Shown: one piece after another, positions 53,007-64,000 of the stretch
Layout of the letters: each line of letters begins with the position of its first letter
Position numbering within the stretch: position 1 is the stretch's first letter
Source of the DNA: Felis catus
Taxonomy: Eukaryota
Assembly (NCBI RefSeq): GCF_018350175.1
Contig: NW_025408510.1
Span: 124,001-188,000 of the forward strand
DNA: 64,000 nt
Reading direction: 5' to 3'
Translations under genes and position numbers: made by a program
Notes under the pieces: generated by a model
What the model was told of the DNA's origin: nothing
What the model saw: only the letters and a program-made list of their open reading frames with translations
Database searches by the model: none

Positions 53007-54511
53007 GTGAGTGTCATTTGAGATGGCCACGCCGTCGTCGAGCTAAACGTGGGGTGTTTGGTTCGGCCTTGCCCAGTGTGCCTTCGTCTCCCACGGGTTT
53101 TGAACGTTTGGAGTTTGGTAGAAGTAGCAGCAGAACGGGACGTGATTCTGGGGCCCGGGCGGGCTGCCTCCCCGTCTGCATGGTGGAATCTGTCCTCCCT
53201 GGGCTCTCCCCTGCCGAGGCCTGGCGGGCAGGCGGCGGAGTGGCCTCGGGTGTGGAGTGTGGGCCACCTGAGCTTGGCCCATGCCGTGCTCTCGGTCCGT
53301 TTTGGGAACACACTCGGCACGTAGGAACCAGCGTGGTGCTGCCAGGTCGTTTCCGGGGGCACGACCTTGTGAGGGCGGCTCTGCCAGGGGCCGTCACGGC
53401 CGCCTCTGCTGCCCTGCCCTCCTCCCAGGGTTCCGTGCTTCTGGTCGTGGCGGTCAGAGTGAGCGAGGGGCAGCCCGCCGGTCCTGGTGTAAGGTCATGG
53501 AGGAGTGCGGCCGCTTCTGCACGTGTGGTCGTCCATGGGAATCTGATCATTGTCACAGAAACTAGTAAGGGTAGGATGGTTTCTCTGTGCCTCCTCCTGT
53601 CACTGTGAGCTGCCCTTTGCGGACAGTCCCCGCACACCCCACCCCCAGCCCGGCAATGCCACCTCGGGAAGACCCTGTCAGACCCTCGAGGGTGTAAGTG
53701 CACGAGCAGTCTGTTTAGTACCTCAGTGTGGGTGAGATCGTGTCAGAATTTAAAACAAAAGTATTTGCAGAAATTCTATAACCTGTTGTTTGGCAAAGGT
53801 GGGGAGAGACCCCTCAGCAGAGTTCAATATGCAGAGAATTTAGAAAATCATTTCTTAGGACTCATCACTTTCACTCTTGAGACTGCTGACATACATTGCT
53901 TAGTAAACACGGAGGACTGGAAGAGGAATCTTTCCGGTGTTGGACAAGAAACGCAGGGCAGGACCTTCTGGTTCCATTTGCAGTGTCAGACACCATGGGA
54001 TACAATGTTGTTACAGGGTGAGGGTACAGAAGATGACTTCCAGTTATATGAAAGGTGGAGTTTGGCTTCCATTTGTTAACACTGCTGCTTCAACTTTGTG
54101 GTAATTGGATGAGATTTCATCCACCTTTTCCCCGGGAAAAAGGATGGTTGTCTCATGGTGTGTGCCTCCAGAGGCAAGTCGCCGTTCCGTGGAAAGCTCA
54201 ATGATGTCCAGAGGCAACCGAGGTTGTGACTTCCGGGAGACTTTATTATCCGTTTGTCTTTGAACACATGGGAAAGAATAAGCCTGGGTAACTGGTCAGA
54301 ATCCCGAGCAGCCTCCGCACTGTCGGCACAGAGCCTGACGCGGGGCGCCAACTCACAGAGCGGCACCGGCTGAGCCACCCAGGTGCCCCGAGGATGCTAC
54401 TTTTCTGTTTGTTTGGAAAATGAGGATTTCGCCCGGTTTTTGTGTCTGGAGTGTCTTAATGTGTCGTACGCTAACTCTTTCCCTGTTTTCCCTCTGAAAT
54501 ACCTGCTGTAG

Positions 54512-54658
54512 GCCATGGCCCAGAAGGAAGACATGCAAGACAGGATCACTACCCTTGAGAAGCGCTGCCTCAGGGCACAGCACAAAGCCACCTCTCTGCA
54601 CGACCTCAAGGATAAACTTGAAAACGAGATCGCAAAGAAGGACTCTCTGCATCGACAG
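54512..54658 (+). pseudogene. PPFIA1: PPFIA1-like exon 8 equivalent, right copy
   Basis: Mirror of 5079-5225. Confidence 0.9.
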
Positions 54659-55461
54659 GTCGTTGGTTTCGTTGAACTTCATTCCACTTTTATTAATTAC
54701 AAGTCAAGTTAAGGACCAAGTGTCAATGTCAAGGTTTTAGGATCTTAGAATCTTGTGTTGACCAGCGGGGTTACTTCATCGTCCAGGGTTTAATTCTTTC
54801 GAGTTTTATGGAAGCATGTTATGGGGCTCCCCTCCTTGATTCCTTCTTTGTCTTGTCTTACATGCACGTTACTCTGTTGCCTGTTAGCACTGTTTCCAAA
54901 GGAGCAGGGAGTGGCCGGGAATGTGTAGGCAGCTGGCCATTTTGGTTAGTACCTGAGATCGGGGGGAATGGCAGGTGCAGAAGCACAGTCTGGCGTGAGG
55001 CTGTGAGACCCTGTGTTTTGGGAAGCAGCACGTCTCTTCCTTGGTTGTCTCAGGTCATCCGGCATTGAACAGGAAAACCACATCCAGCTTCTTGGAAACA
55101 GAGTGAGCTTTTTCTGGGGTGTTTGTCAAATGTGTCAGTCGACCCAAAATGATAATCAAAGTGAAATACTAGGAAGCCATTAAAATGACATGGAGGAATG
55201 CTGTTTGAGAGCACGTAACATGTTCCAAGTCATGAATGTATAGGGCAGATCGTGAAATACTATGTGTATAGCATGTGATTTATTTTGGAGGGTTTAAAGC
55301 ATGATACGCGGTCTGTATATACACACAGAGCCATATGCACACAGAAGATGGAAGGAGTCTGTGGCAACACATGTTAACCTTGCAAAAACCTCACCTTTTA
55401 CATGATTTTTAAAATGACTTTATATAATTTTAACGCTTATTTAGTTTTGAGAAAGGGAGCC

Positions 55462-55504
<43 letters not shown>

Positions 55505-56236
55505 GAGCAGTGGAGGGCAAGAGAGGGAGACACAGAATCCAAAGCAGGCTCCAGGCTCTGAGCTGTCAGCAGAGAGCACGAGGCGGGGTTGACCCCGTGA
55601 GCTATGAGATCATGACCTGAGCCGAAGGTGGACGCTTAACCGACTGAGCCACCTCGGCTTCCCTAAAAGTCCTTTAACAAAAAATCTCGTGTCTAAGTTT
55701 TCCACGTTGAAGTTTTCCACGTTTTTGGTCAAAAGGGAGAGTGTTTTTGTTGAATAATGGTACACTTCCAAAAAGAACTCAACTGGCATCAGGCATGCTC
55801 TCAGAAGCTCTGTGCTGGCTGATGTGCCCACCTCAGAATGTCCTATGTAGCGAGCCCTCGGACCCCAGTATAAATATGTTTACGAAGGGTTAGGACCGAA
55901 CCCTTCTCTCCTTAACTGGTCAGGAAGAGCGAGCAAGCTCCTCCAGAAGATGGGTTTTCTTTACTGTGTGGGAACTTTGTCTTTGGAAAGACTTCTTTGA
56001 AGATACTGAAGAAGGGCAAAGAGTTTGGCAAGACATGTTTTGCGTAGTGAAAGGAGGACCAAGGCAGTGGGTGACTCCTTGCAGAAAGGAAAGGTTCACT
56101 CTGAAGCACCTACCAAACTGTTGGCTTCCGTCAGAACTAACAGTAGATCTCTGCATTTAGATTTTGTTTCACTTTATTAAAAATGGAAACGGAGAGAAGA
56201 CTTGCTACACTTTGATGCTTTGCCTTCATGTCCTAG

Positions 56237-56371
56237 ACTGCGGATCAAAACCGCCAGTTGCAAGAGCGCCTGGAGGTGGCGGAGCGGAAGCTGCAGCAGA
56301 CCCCGAGGAAGGCCAAGTCGCTGCCCGAGGTGGAAGCCGAGCCGGCCCAGAGGGTGGCCACCCTCTGCAAG
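56237..56371 (+). pseudogene. PPFIA1: PPFIA1-like exon 9 equivalent, right copy
   Basis: Mirror of 3364-3498. Confidence 0.9.
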
Positions 56372-57232
56372 GTGGGGCCCCCGTTTCCTTCTGGGTTCCC
56401 TGGTGGGAATGTCATTTTCAAGGCGGTCCGTTCTCGTATCTCATTTCTCACCGGTAACGTCGGCGTGCCAAAGTCCGCGAACCAGCTGAGATCTGTTTTC
56501 GGGGCTACTTTGTCTGAGATTGGAATGCTTTTCAAACGGCAGGCATCATCCCCAGTTTTGTTCCCTCCGGTTTTGTCCGACGTGTGCTGTTTGCTGTTAG
56601 CTGCATCTAAGACTCACTGCTTTTCAGAGTTAAGTCAGCGACTCAAAGCTCAAGATAGTAGCCTTGGGCAAGAGAAGGACAGGGGTGCCTGGCTGGCTCA
56701 GTCAGTGGAGCTTGGGACTCTTGATCTCAGGGTCATGAGTCTGAGCTCCCCGTTGGGTGTAGAGCTTACCGAAGGGAAAAAAAAACAAAAGAGCATAGAA
56801 TTTGTCCGAGAAATGAGAAAATCCTATCCTCTTTTAAACACAATCGTTTTTATTTAAAAAATTCTTAAATGTTCATTTATTTGACACAGACAGAGAGGGC
56901 GAGCCTGGGCACATACATGAGCAGGGGAGGGGCAGAAAGAAGGAGATAGAATGCCAAGTAGGCTCCATGCTATCGGCACAGAGCCTGACACAGGGCTCGA
57001 ACGCCCAAACCTTGAGTTCATGACCTGAGCTGAAGCCAAGAGTCAGAACCCGACTGACTGAGCCACCCTGACACCCCTGTAAGAAATAAATCTTTAAGGA
57101 ATTCACTCGGAGGTTCCACAAATAGAGTCGAGGAACATGCCAGACACAGTCCCTGCCCTCCCAGTTCTCACAGCCCTCACCACCCACGGAGGAAGGCAGC
57201 AGTTGAAGAGGTAGTTTCCAGACATGTTGTAG

Positions 57233-57352
57233 TCTAAACTAAACAAAGAGACTAACAAACGTTTGTCAGGCACTAATGACCAGCTCCTTTTTGAATCTGA
57301 TGACCGGTTTCAGAGTCGTCTTAAAGAGAGGATGGCTGCTGTGGAAGATAAG
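57233..57352 (+). pseudogene. PPFIA1: PPFIA1-like exon 11 equivalent, 5'-truncated (SKLNKETNKRLSGTNDQLLFESDDRFQSRLKERMAAVEDK)
   Basis: Hand translation matches liprin [33 protein letters not shown]; gtagga donor; begins at the deletion junction. Confidence 0.88.
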
Positions 57353-58650
57353 GTAGGACATGAGAGACAGCGGCTGAGTGCCCCCGTCCTCACAGAGGAG
57401 ACGCTCACGTTGTGATGCTGAGGAGCAGCGTGGAGCAGAGGCTAACAGCCACTGCAGAAAGTAGAAATGATTCTTTCACACGGAAAAACTGTAGGCTGTT
57501 ACCCACTGCCTACGTTAAGTTCCCAGTGTCGTGTCCCTGCCCGACGTCTGTGTGCGGGAAGGTGCGTCTCACTGTCTAGGAGAGGAGTATGGTCTGGGGA
57601 GGGCCCGAGAGTAAGTATTTTAGGCCTTTACTAACTGAGACGTAAGGAGTAAGCTAGCTTCATGCTAATCAAAGATGGGCACAGAAACAGCCATAGGCAG
57701 TATATAACTAAGGGGAGGGGCCGGGTGCCGATAACCCTTTGTTGATAGGACCCGGCGGGGGCTGGATGTGGTCGGCAGGCCCTCGTTTGCCACCCCTGTG
57801 CTGGAACCTTCAGCCTGGTTCTTGTCTGGGGAGCTAATTTCTACCTCTTTTGTCCAGACGGACCGGTAGGAGTGCGCAGTTCTGTCAAGCATTTAACCAG
57901 CTGAAAACAGAGTATCTCCTGTTCCATCTCCTGCCTTCCCTCTTTTCATCTGGGTTGGAAAGAGTCTAAGCCTGGACTCTTACAGCATCATAACGGATAC
58001 ACTTGAGGTGTAACGGGAGGGAAGCAGTATCATAGGATCTCTGTGAGAGAAGCTCTGGTGGTGACAGTTGGATGCGGACCTGATACTACCGGTTCTGGTG
58101 ACACCTGTGTCCCTGTAGATGAGCCCAGAATCTTCCCTAAGACTGGCACTTGGAGACACCAGTGAGCAATGCTAATTACACGACACACTTATTTTGGGTA
58201 AAACCCATTATGAGGTGCGTTATTATACCCCACGTGAGGTTCTACCTTGATCACTGGGGCCAGCCTTTCGGTAGAATAGTTGTATGTGAGATTGGAAGTA
58301 TATGTACGAAACGTAGGTCAGCTTTCCCAAGTGACTGAGGCATCACAGACCCTAAAAGCTAGTACAAACCAGTGTACCTGCTGCAAGTAAACTTAGGAAC
58401 TTGTCATACTTACAGTCAGACAGTGATCCGTGAAGAAATTGTACATGGACAAAGTATGAGTAAAGGCTGTTACTGCAGTTTCACAGACAGCATTTCACTC
58501 TGTGGTCATGTGACCCGGTTCGTTGGTATGGCCATCCGCTCCATGCCTTGTCTGTGGTGCTGCGTTATTGTAAAGAGAAACGTAGGCATGCTCTAGCATG
58601 TGGAACGTTTGAAAGAATCAACACTAAAGGACTGTCAGTACCTTTCTCAG

Positions 58651-58713
58651 AAGTCTCTGTTAGGAGAAGTTGGCAATCTGAAAAAACAGTTATAAGAAAC
58701 GCAACGTGAGAAG
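58651..58713 (+). pseudogene. PPFIA1: PPFIA1-like exon 12 equivalent with in-frame stop (KSLLGEVGNLKKQL*ETQREK)
   Basis: 63 nt, ctttctcag acceptor, gtattt donor, TAA at 58693-58695. Confidence 0.88.
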
Positions 58714-59029
58714 GTATTTCCATCTCTCAATCATTCAGTGATCGGTTGAGACTGGAAAGGAGCAGGTGGCCTCTGGGGCTCACACTTCCTCCATGGCGAG
58801 CCACCACTGTGCTTTCGAGCGGCCCCATGCTCGCTAGTCTGAATGGCACGCATGTGGCGGAGTTGGAGCCGAGCAGCCTATGGGGTTCAGATTTCTGAGT
58901 CCCTTCGGGGGTTCGCTCGAAAGCTAAAATGTTCGCGTAAACCTTTCATTGAGTGCAGCGTTGCCCAGCAGGAAGGTAACAGGTGACACGGGTGTCATCC
59001 CAAGGATTCTCGCGGCTGCATTTGAAATG

Positions 59030-59262
59030 GTCAAACAGACGGGTGATGTTAGTTTTCATGTAGCCCGATGCAGGCAACATGTTATTGTATCATGTAAATA
59101 GTGTAGACGTGAAGGAGCTACTCTACAATGTTTTTCCACATTTAGTCCTTGCAACCCACGGGGCGTCTCACAGTTCCATCCCCTGTGGTCGGGACCAGCC
59201 CCATTTTGGGCGCTCAGTTAGCCACGTGCGGCGGTGTCTCTGGCCTGGGACGGCACTGCCTA
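59030..59262. mobile_element. MER3-like hAT fossil
   Basis: gaccagccccatttt...ctcagttagccacgtgcggc...ggacggcactg end motif. Confidence 0.5.
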
Positions 59263-59639
59263 GGGGGTAGTTGTGTGACCGAAGCTCCTCATCGGTTTTG
59301 CTCCCTGGCACTGCGTGTGCAGACGTGAGGCTGGGCTGCACAGGGTCCACGACGGAGCACGTGCCTATTGCACAGAAGGGCTATTCCCCCACCGCCCAGA
59401 AAGTCCTGCTCCTCTCTACATAATTAGGAAGAAGTCCTAGTGGCTCGGTGTTTCTCCTCTGTAACCTTGCTATGCCTGAGACCTGACTGTTCAGTAGGGT
59501 TTAAGACGTTCACTTGGTGATCCGGGTGTTTACTGGAGGACTCTTGGAGAGAGTGGTCTTCGGGTTCGTAACTGCTAAATTTACCCAGCGTGGTTATGAT
59601 GGTCAGCATTTCAGCACACTTGATGCAAGTAGTGTTTTC

Positions 59640-59932
59640 CATTTTTTCTTGAATTCTAATGAACCTACAGTGTTGTATCAGTTTCAAGTAGACAGTGTAC
59701 CGTTTCAACAATTGCACACGTGACTCTGTGCTCGACACCATCACTGTGGTCACCGTGTGTCACCATACAGAGTCCTTAGGGTATCACGGACCGTATTCCC
59801 TGTACTGTGCTTTTCATCCCCGAGACGGCCTTATTTGATATCTGCATGCTGATGCCTCCTAATCACCATCATCTCTTTTGCCCACTGCCCCTACTCTCCT
59901 CTCCTCTGGCCACTACCAGTTTGTGCTCTGTG
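59640..59932 (-). mobile_element. Old L1 3' UTR fragment
   Basis: gtcaccataca...tattccctgtactgtgcttttcatcccc...cctctggccactaccagtttgtgctctg. Confidence 0.7.
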
Positions 59933-60006
59933 TTGAACGGACTCTTGATGCAAAGACTAGTTAACCTTGCTTGCACTGAGTGTCATTGTCATTTGCTGCT
60001 TTGCAG

Positions 60007-60086
60007 GATCACCTTCTCCGGAAGATGGAAGCACTGAGGGCCGTATTAAAGCGGGCAAGAGTGAGAGGCTCTTCGCGTCACCATGG
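60007..60086 (+). pseudogene. PPFIA1: PPFIA1-like exon 13 equivalent (DHLLRKMEALRAVLKRARVRGSSRHHG)
   Basis: 80 nt, ttgcag acceptor, gtatga donor, ends in phase 2. Confidence 0.88.
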
Positions 60087-63000
60087 GTATGACACTTCCC
60101 GGTTCACAGATCTGTTTGAGATGCGGCTGGGGGTGGCTTCCCTCTGTCACCAGTATGACCTGAACCAGCTCATGGTTCCAAAGTAGAACCGTGGGTGTGC
60201 TATGGTATGACCCGAACCGGATCAGAGTTACACACAATAACCCTGAGGGTGTTGTAGTCTGACGCGATCCATTTTCCAGGTACCAGCTAACTGAGGATGG
60301 GGCGGGGCTGGGGGGGACACTGCCCTTCACCGTGCCTAACATGAACCACCTCACAAACACCTATGTTAGCACCTGCTGTGTTTCTTCCAGAGGAATCCTT
60401 TGGCCGAATGGGCAGAGTGACTGGATGTAGCTCAGGGAGCCGGTAGCTTCGTAGTTGGCAAGAGGGAGAAGTAAAACCTCATTCCAGAGGTTAGGTTTGG
60501 AATCTCAGGAGACCGGGAGGCATGACAGAGCTCACAGCCATGGGAGGAGGAGTGGAAGTTAGGGAAAGTTCTGTTCGTGTTTGGGTGGGTTTATTTGCGG
60601 CCTCCCTCCACCGAGTGTGGCAGTGATGGTGTGGGGCTAGGAGGGGTCCAGCGTGCCAGGTTCGGCCCAGCATCCCTGGAAGCTATGGTCCCTTCCACAA
60701 CGCCAGTGGGGTCACCATGGGAGTGCACACGTGGCCATGGTTGTGAAGGTCACCTTGACATTGGTGGGGTTAGCGCAGTGCTCGCAGTTTCTTATATTTT
60801 TGAAAAGACCGGAGAATGACATGTAATCGCTGTAACTCTGTTGGGACGTTGGTGAGTCGCCTGTGAGGGAGTGGGTCAGCCGGCTTGTGAGCTGCGTCCT
60901 GCAGACAGTAATTGTCAGCGAGGTATTAAAAGGTTTGCTTGCTTCTTTGTAGGAAATGGGTACCATGTGAGAGTCATTCTGGTGTGACAGTGCCTCGAGT
61001 AGCTGACTGGGCCCCCTTGGGTGCAGGAAGCAGGCTCCTGCTCCAAAGGCAGGCCCCTTCAGGCCTCACTGGGGTGTGTGCGGCTGCCGACGGGGGCTCT
61101 CGGGAGAGTCGAGGGTGTGCTGTGGCTGTCCTTGTTGAGCCTGCTTGTAGGAGAGAGGAGAAGTCAGTACAGGTAGGGGCACAAGCGGCCCTCCGTGTCC
61201 ACGGAACTACTGGTGGCACAGCGAATGTGTGTCCGGAGAGAGAAGCACACAGGAAGATCCGGGCACAGAGCAGCCTCTTGGTTGGCTGACGGAGATCCTC
61301 GCCAGCAAGACACCAGTGTGCTGAGTGTCACCATTCCAGGGCTTGAAGACGGGCATGTGTGAGGAGGCCAAGGGAGCAAACAGTGGATGCGGTGCAGGCC
61401 CCTCGAGGGCATGTTGGAGTTCTCAAGGGAAGGGGCTGTGCAGGCCCCTGGAGGGTGGCACCCTGGGGCAGTTGCCATAAGAGGGACGTCCACGCCCATC
61501 ACCCGCCTGAGGTGAGCTGGCCAAGGAGAAGGATAGAGAGGATCGCAGTGCGCCTGTGGTTGCGGAGGCGTTGGCCGCGGTCACAGGTGGCCTTGTGGTC
61601 AGAAGACCCCGGGCAGGAGACCGGCTGAGGAACAGGGTCTGTTTGAAGCCGTCTCACAAAGTGCTCTCTCGTGTGGTGGCAGAAGAGAGGCTGGTGGGAG
61701 CTGTGTCGCCGTGAGCGGCCGGGGGCCGTGGGGATGAGTCTGAGAAGGCGGCAGGCAGGCTGCACAGCTGAGCCCTCCTGGCACGACCTCACAGCCACGT
61801 CTTCTGTTTGTGTCCTCCTCTAGCAAGATGACATGGTCTGGGTTGCAGAGGAAAAGAAAGGTGTCGGACCAACTTCCACACGCAGGCGGGGCAGATGGGA
61901 GAGAGCTCTGGGATAGGACTGGATGCAGGGTGTTGGGGTCGGGAGCCAGGGAGCCTGAGATAGGGTGTCAGAGTCAGGGGACACACGCGAACCTCCGTGG
62001 AGCCACGAACCATGCCAGGTCCCATGCGGGGTGGCGTGTGTGGCTCTCCCCGATTGGCGATGTGTCGTGGCCGCACAGCGGTGAAGCTAGACCACCTGAG
62101 CTCAGGTGAGCAGCTCTTCTGGGAATGGGGGGACCAGAGGAGGGGAAGATGGTTGTGGCCAGCGGGCAGTTCCAACTTGGCTGTCTTAGAAGCAATCAGT
62201 ACCCTGAGGCAGCACGTGTCAATGACGTTTCTTGAAAGGCCGCAGAGAAGAGCTTGAAGCACCACAGAGGAGACGCCCTGTGTGGTGGCTCTGTCTCCAG
62301 GCCACAAGGGGTGACGCCAGGGGCCCCCTCTTTAGTTGATGTGAATCAGATGGGTGTGTTCTGTCTCCCGAGACCATAAGGATTTGTGAAATGGAAGGCA
62401 GCCTCTGTTCTTTTCCAGAGAGCGAGGAGCCACTGGACTCCCGTGCAGGGTTCAAGTGTGGAGGGTGAACCCGTGGCTGAGGCCGGGCACATGGGCTGGC
62501 GGGTGCTCCTTCACAGCTGCTGCCCAGAGCTTCCTGCCCAGAGCCTTTGCTGAGGGGAGCAGCTGACAGCCCAATTACGTGACTCCACCCTAGGGGCTCC
62601 GGGGCTCCATGGAACTTTTCTGGAGACTTCTGTGGCCAAGGGGGACATTTGTGTGTTAGTCTAACTGCACAGAGGCCAGAGACGCTTTTGCCTCGGAAAC
62701 ACCGGGCGCATTGCCACCTCCTGTGTACGGGAGCTGCGAGGTGTGGTTCCCGAGGATCCTGCCGCGGATGCCCCTGGGGCGCCCGATAGTGGCTGGTGGA
62801 GGAAAACCTGGGGTCACCTGGCATCACAGCAAGGGCCTTGGCACACGTGGGCCGATGGCAGGTGAAGGCCAGAGGGACGTATAGGAGTGCTTTCCGGTCA
62901 GTTGGGCAGGAGGTGGTGCAGACACGCAGGACGACAGCTTGACTGGGGGCAGGCGCTGCTCCACCTCGGGGACGTCTGGGCCGCGGGGATGCGTTGCACC

Positions 63001-63212
63001 TGCTGGGCCCGGGAGACCCTGTGTCCACAGGGCCCGGCTAGCGGGCTTGCACTGCAGCCAGGGGCAAGGATGCCTTCCTTGGAGACCTTTTTCTGTGACC
63101 TCATTTTCCCAATTGACGGGTTCTGGCCTGGCTGACAAAGTCCACTTTTCTTTAGATAACAACCTTGGTGTGTGTGTGCGTGTTTGTTTGACCGTTTTCC
63201 TCCGTGTTTCAG

Positions 63213-63354
63213 GCGGACGCACGTCGGCAGCATCCCAGCTTCCAGGTTCCGTCTGGCGGACAGCCCCACGGATGCCAGCAGCACCAGCAGCAGCGCGGTG
63301 TTGCGGCGCCACCGGAAAGGCCGTGTGGCCCGTCTGCGACATGAGCCTTCCAAG
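63213..63354 (+). pseudogene. PPFIA1: PPFIA1-like exon 14 equivalent (RTHVGSIPASRFRLADSPTD...SAVLRRHRKGRVARLRHEPSK)
   Basis: 142 nt, tttcag acceptor, phase compatible with the previous exon, followed by gcaagg (GC-type or mutated donor). Confidence 0.88.
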
Positions 63355-63826
63355 GCAAGGACCTCCATCCTCTGGGGACTCTCGTGGGACCCACCTGCCT
63401 GCTCCAATGTCACCTGCCTTTTCCTCTCTCTGTGAGGCTCTTCTGGAACTAAAGGACTGATAGGCTGCTTTCTCTTTTCCCCTTCCCCCATTCTTCTTTT
63501 GCTGCCTTGGAATTTACTTTTGAGAGCTTTTGTTCTTCCTTTGTATAAAGTAGCAATGTGGATTAAGATAGGACCTAGTGTTAAGCACAGCACAATGCAA
63601 ATTAGTAAGGGTTCGAAACGCTAATGAAGGTTAAATGAACACGTGTATTCATCCTTGAACAACAAAGAATTCACCTTTGGAGTTTAAGTACTTTTGTCCT
63701 TTGTCTCTTCAGCCGCGTATACTTTTATATATTTGTGTAAGTTTTGAGCACCTGTAGTCATGGAACAAGTTTGGTGCAGACATCGTCCCAGAGCTAGGGT
63801 GCAGCATGACTGAAAAACCCAGATGA

Positions 63827-64000
63827 GGGGCGCCGGGTGGCTCAGTCGGTCAAGCGTCCGACTGCTGATTTCTGCTCATGTCACGGTCTCTGGGTTTGTG
63901 AGATCGAGACCCGGAGCCCCGCTGCCCCGCATGGGGCTCTGCGCTGACCGCGCCTGGAGCCTGCTTGGGATTCTCTCTCTCTCCCTCTCTCTGCTCCTCC
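63827..64000 (+). mobile_element. CanSINE, cut by window end
   Basis: ggggcgccgggtggctcagtcggtcaagcgtccgact. Confidence 0.92.

Larger units (their letters stand above)
30496..57234. repeat. Right arm of ~27 kb inverted repeat (palindrome)
   Basis: Reverse complement of 2499-29740. Homology ends at ...gtagtc (57234 = 2499) and at aggaacc (30496 = 29740). Confidence 0.98.
51742..63354 (+). pseudogene. PPFIA1: Liprin-alpha-1-like partial duplicate, right copy (exon 10 deleted, premature stop in exon 12 equivalent)
   Basis: Exons 51742-51843, 52115-52279, 52667-52738, 52869-53006, 54512-54658, 56237-56371, 57233-57352, 58651-58713 (TAA at 58693-58695), 60007-60086, 63213-63354. Confidence 0.85.

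Noticed and set aside
2499-57234. Pure fold-back or haplotype misassembly
   Set aside because: The arms differ by microhomology-bounded deletions, clustered substitutions and repeat lengths, and there is a unique spacer. Not fully excluded without long reads.
1723-63354. Calling either copy the real PPFIA1 orthologue or a retrocopy
   Set aside because: The first coding exon and exon 6 are missing and divergence is high, so it is not the orthologue. Introns are retained, so it is a DNA-level duplicate.
60939-63593. Long overlapping ORFs (e.g. 62219-63028, 62898-63593)
   Set aside because: GC-rich intron sequence. Only 63213-63354 matches a protein.

Overview
Mammalian genomic DNA, feliform-carnivore type (tRNA-derived CanSINEs, carnivore-type L1 3' UTR). 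Most of the window is one large palindrome. The left arm (about 2499-29740) and right arm (about 30496-57234) are reverse complements around a spacer of about 755 bp, centred on a broken ERV1-class provirus. Each arm carries an outward-facing, intron-containing, diverged partial duplicate of PPFIA1 (liprin-alpha-1). Both copies lack the first coding exon and one internal exon, and both sit behind a CpG-rich putative promoter/first exon. The left copy (- strand) is an open spliced frame of 281 codons over 7 exons that runs off the window start. The right copy (+ strand) has a second deletion at the apparent arm end (57234) and a premature TAA (58693). Arm identity is patchy, with long near-identical tracts and short diverged islands, as expected from arm-to-arm gene conversion. 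The rest is Tigger2, L1, MLT1, MER and SINE repeats plus three N gaps. PPFIA1 exon numbers and amino-acid comparisons come from my recollection of the human protein, not from a database search.
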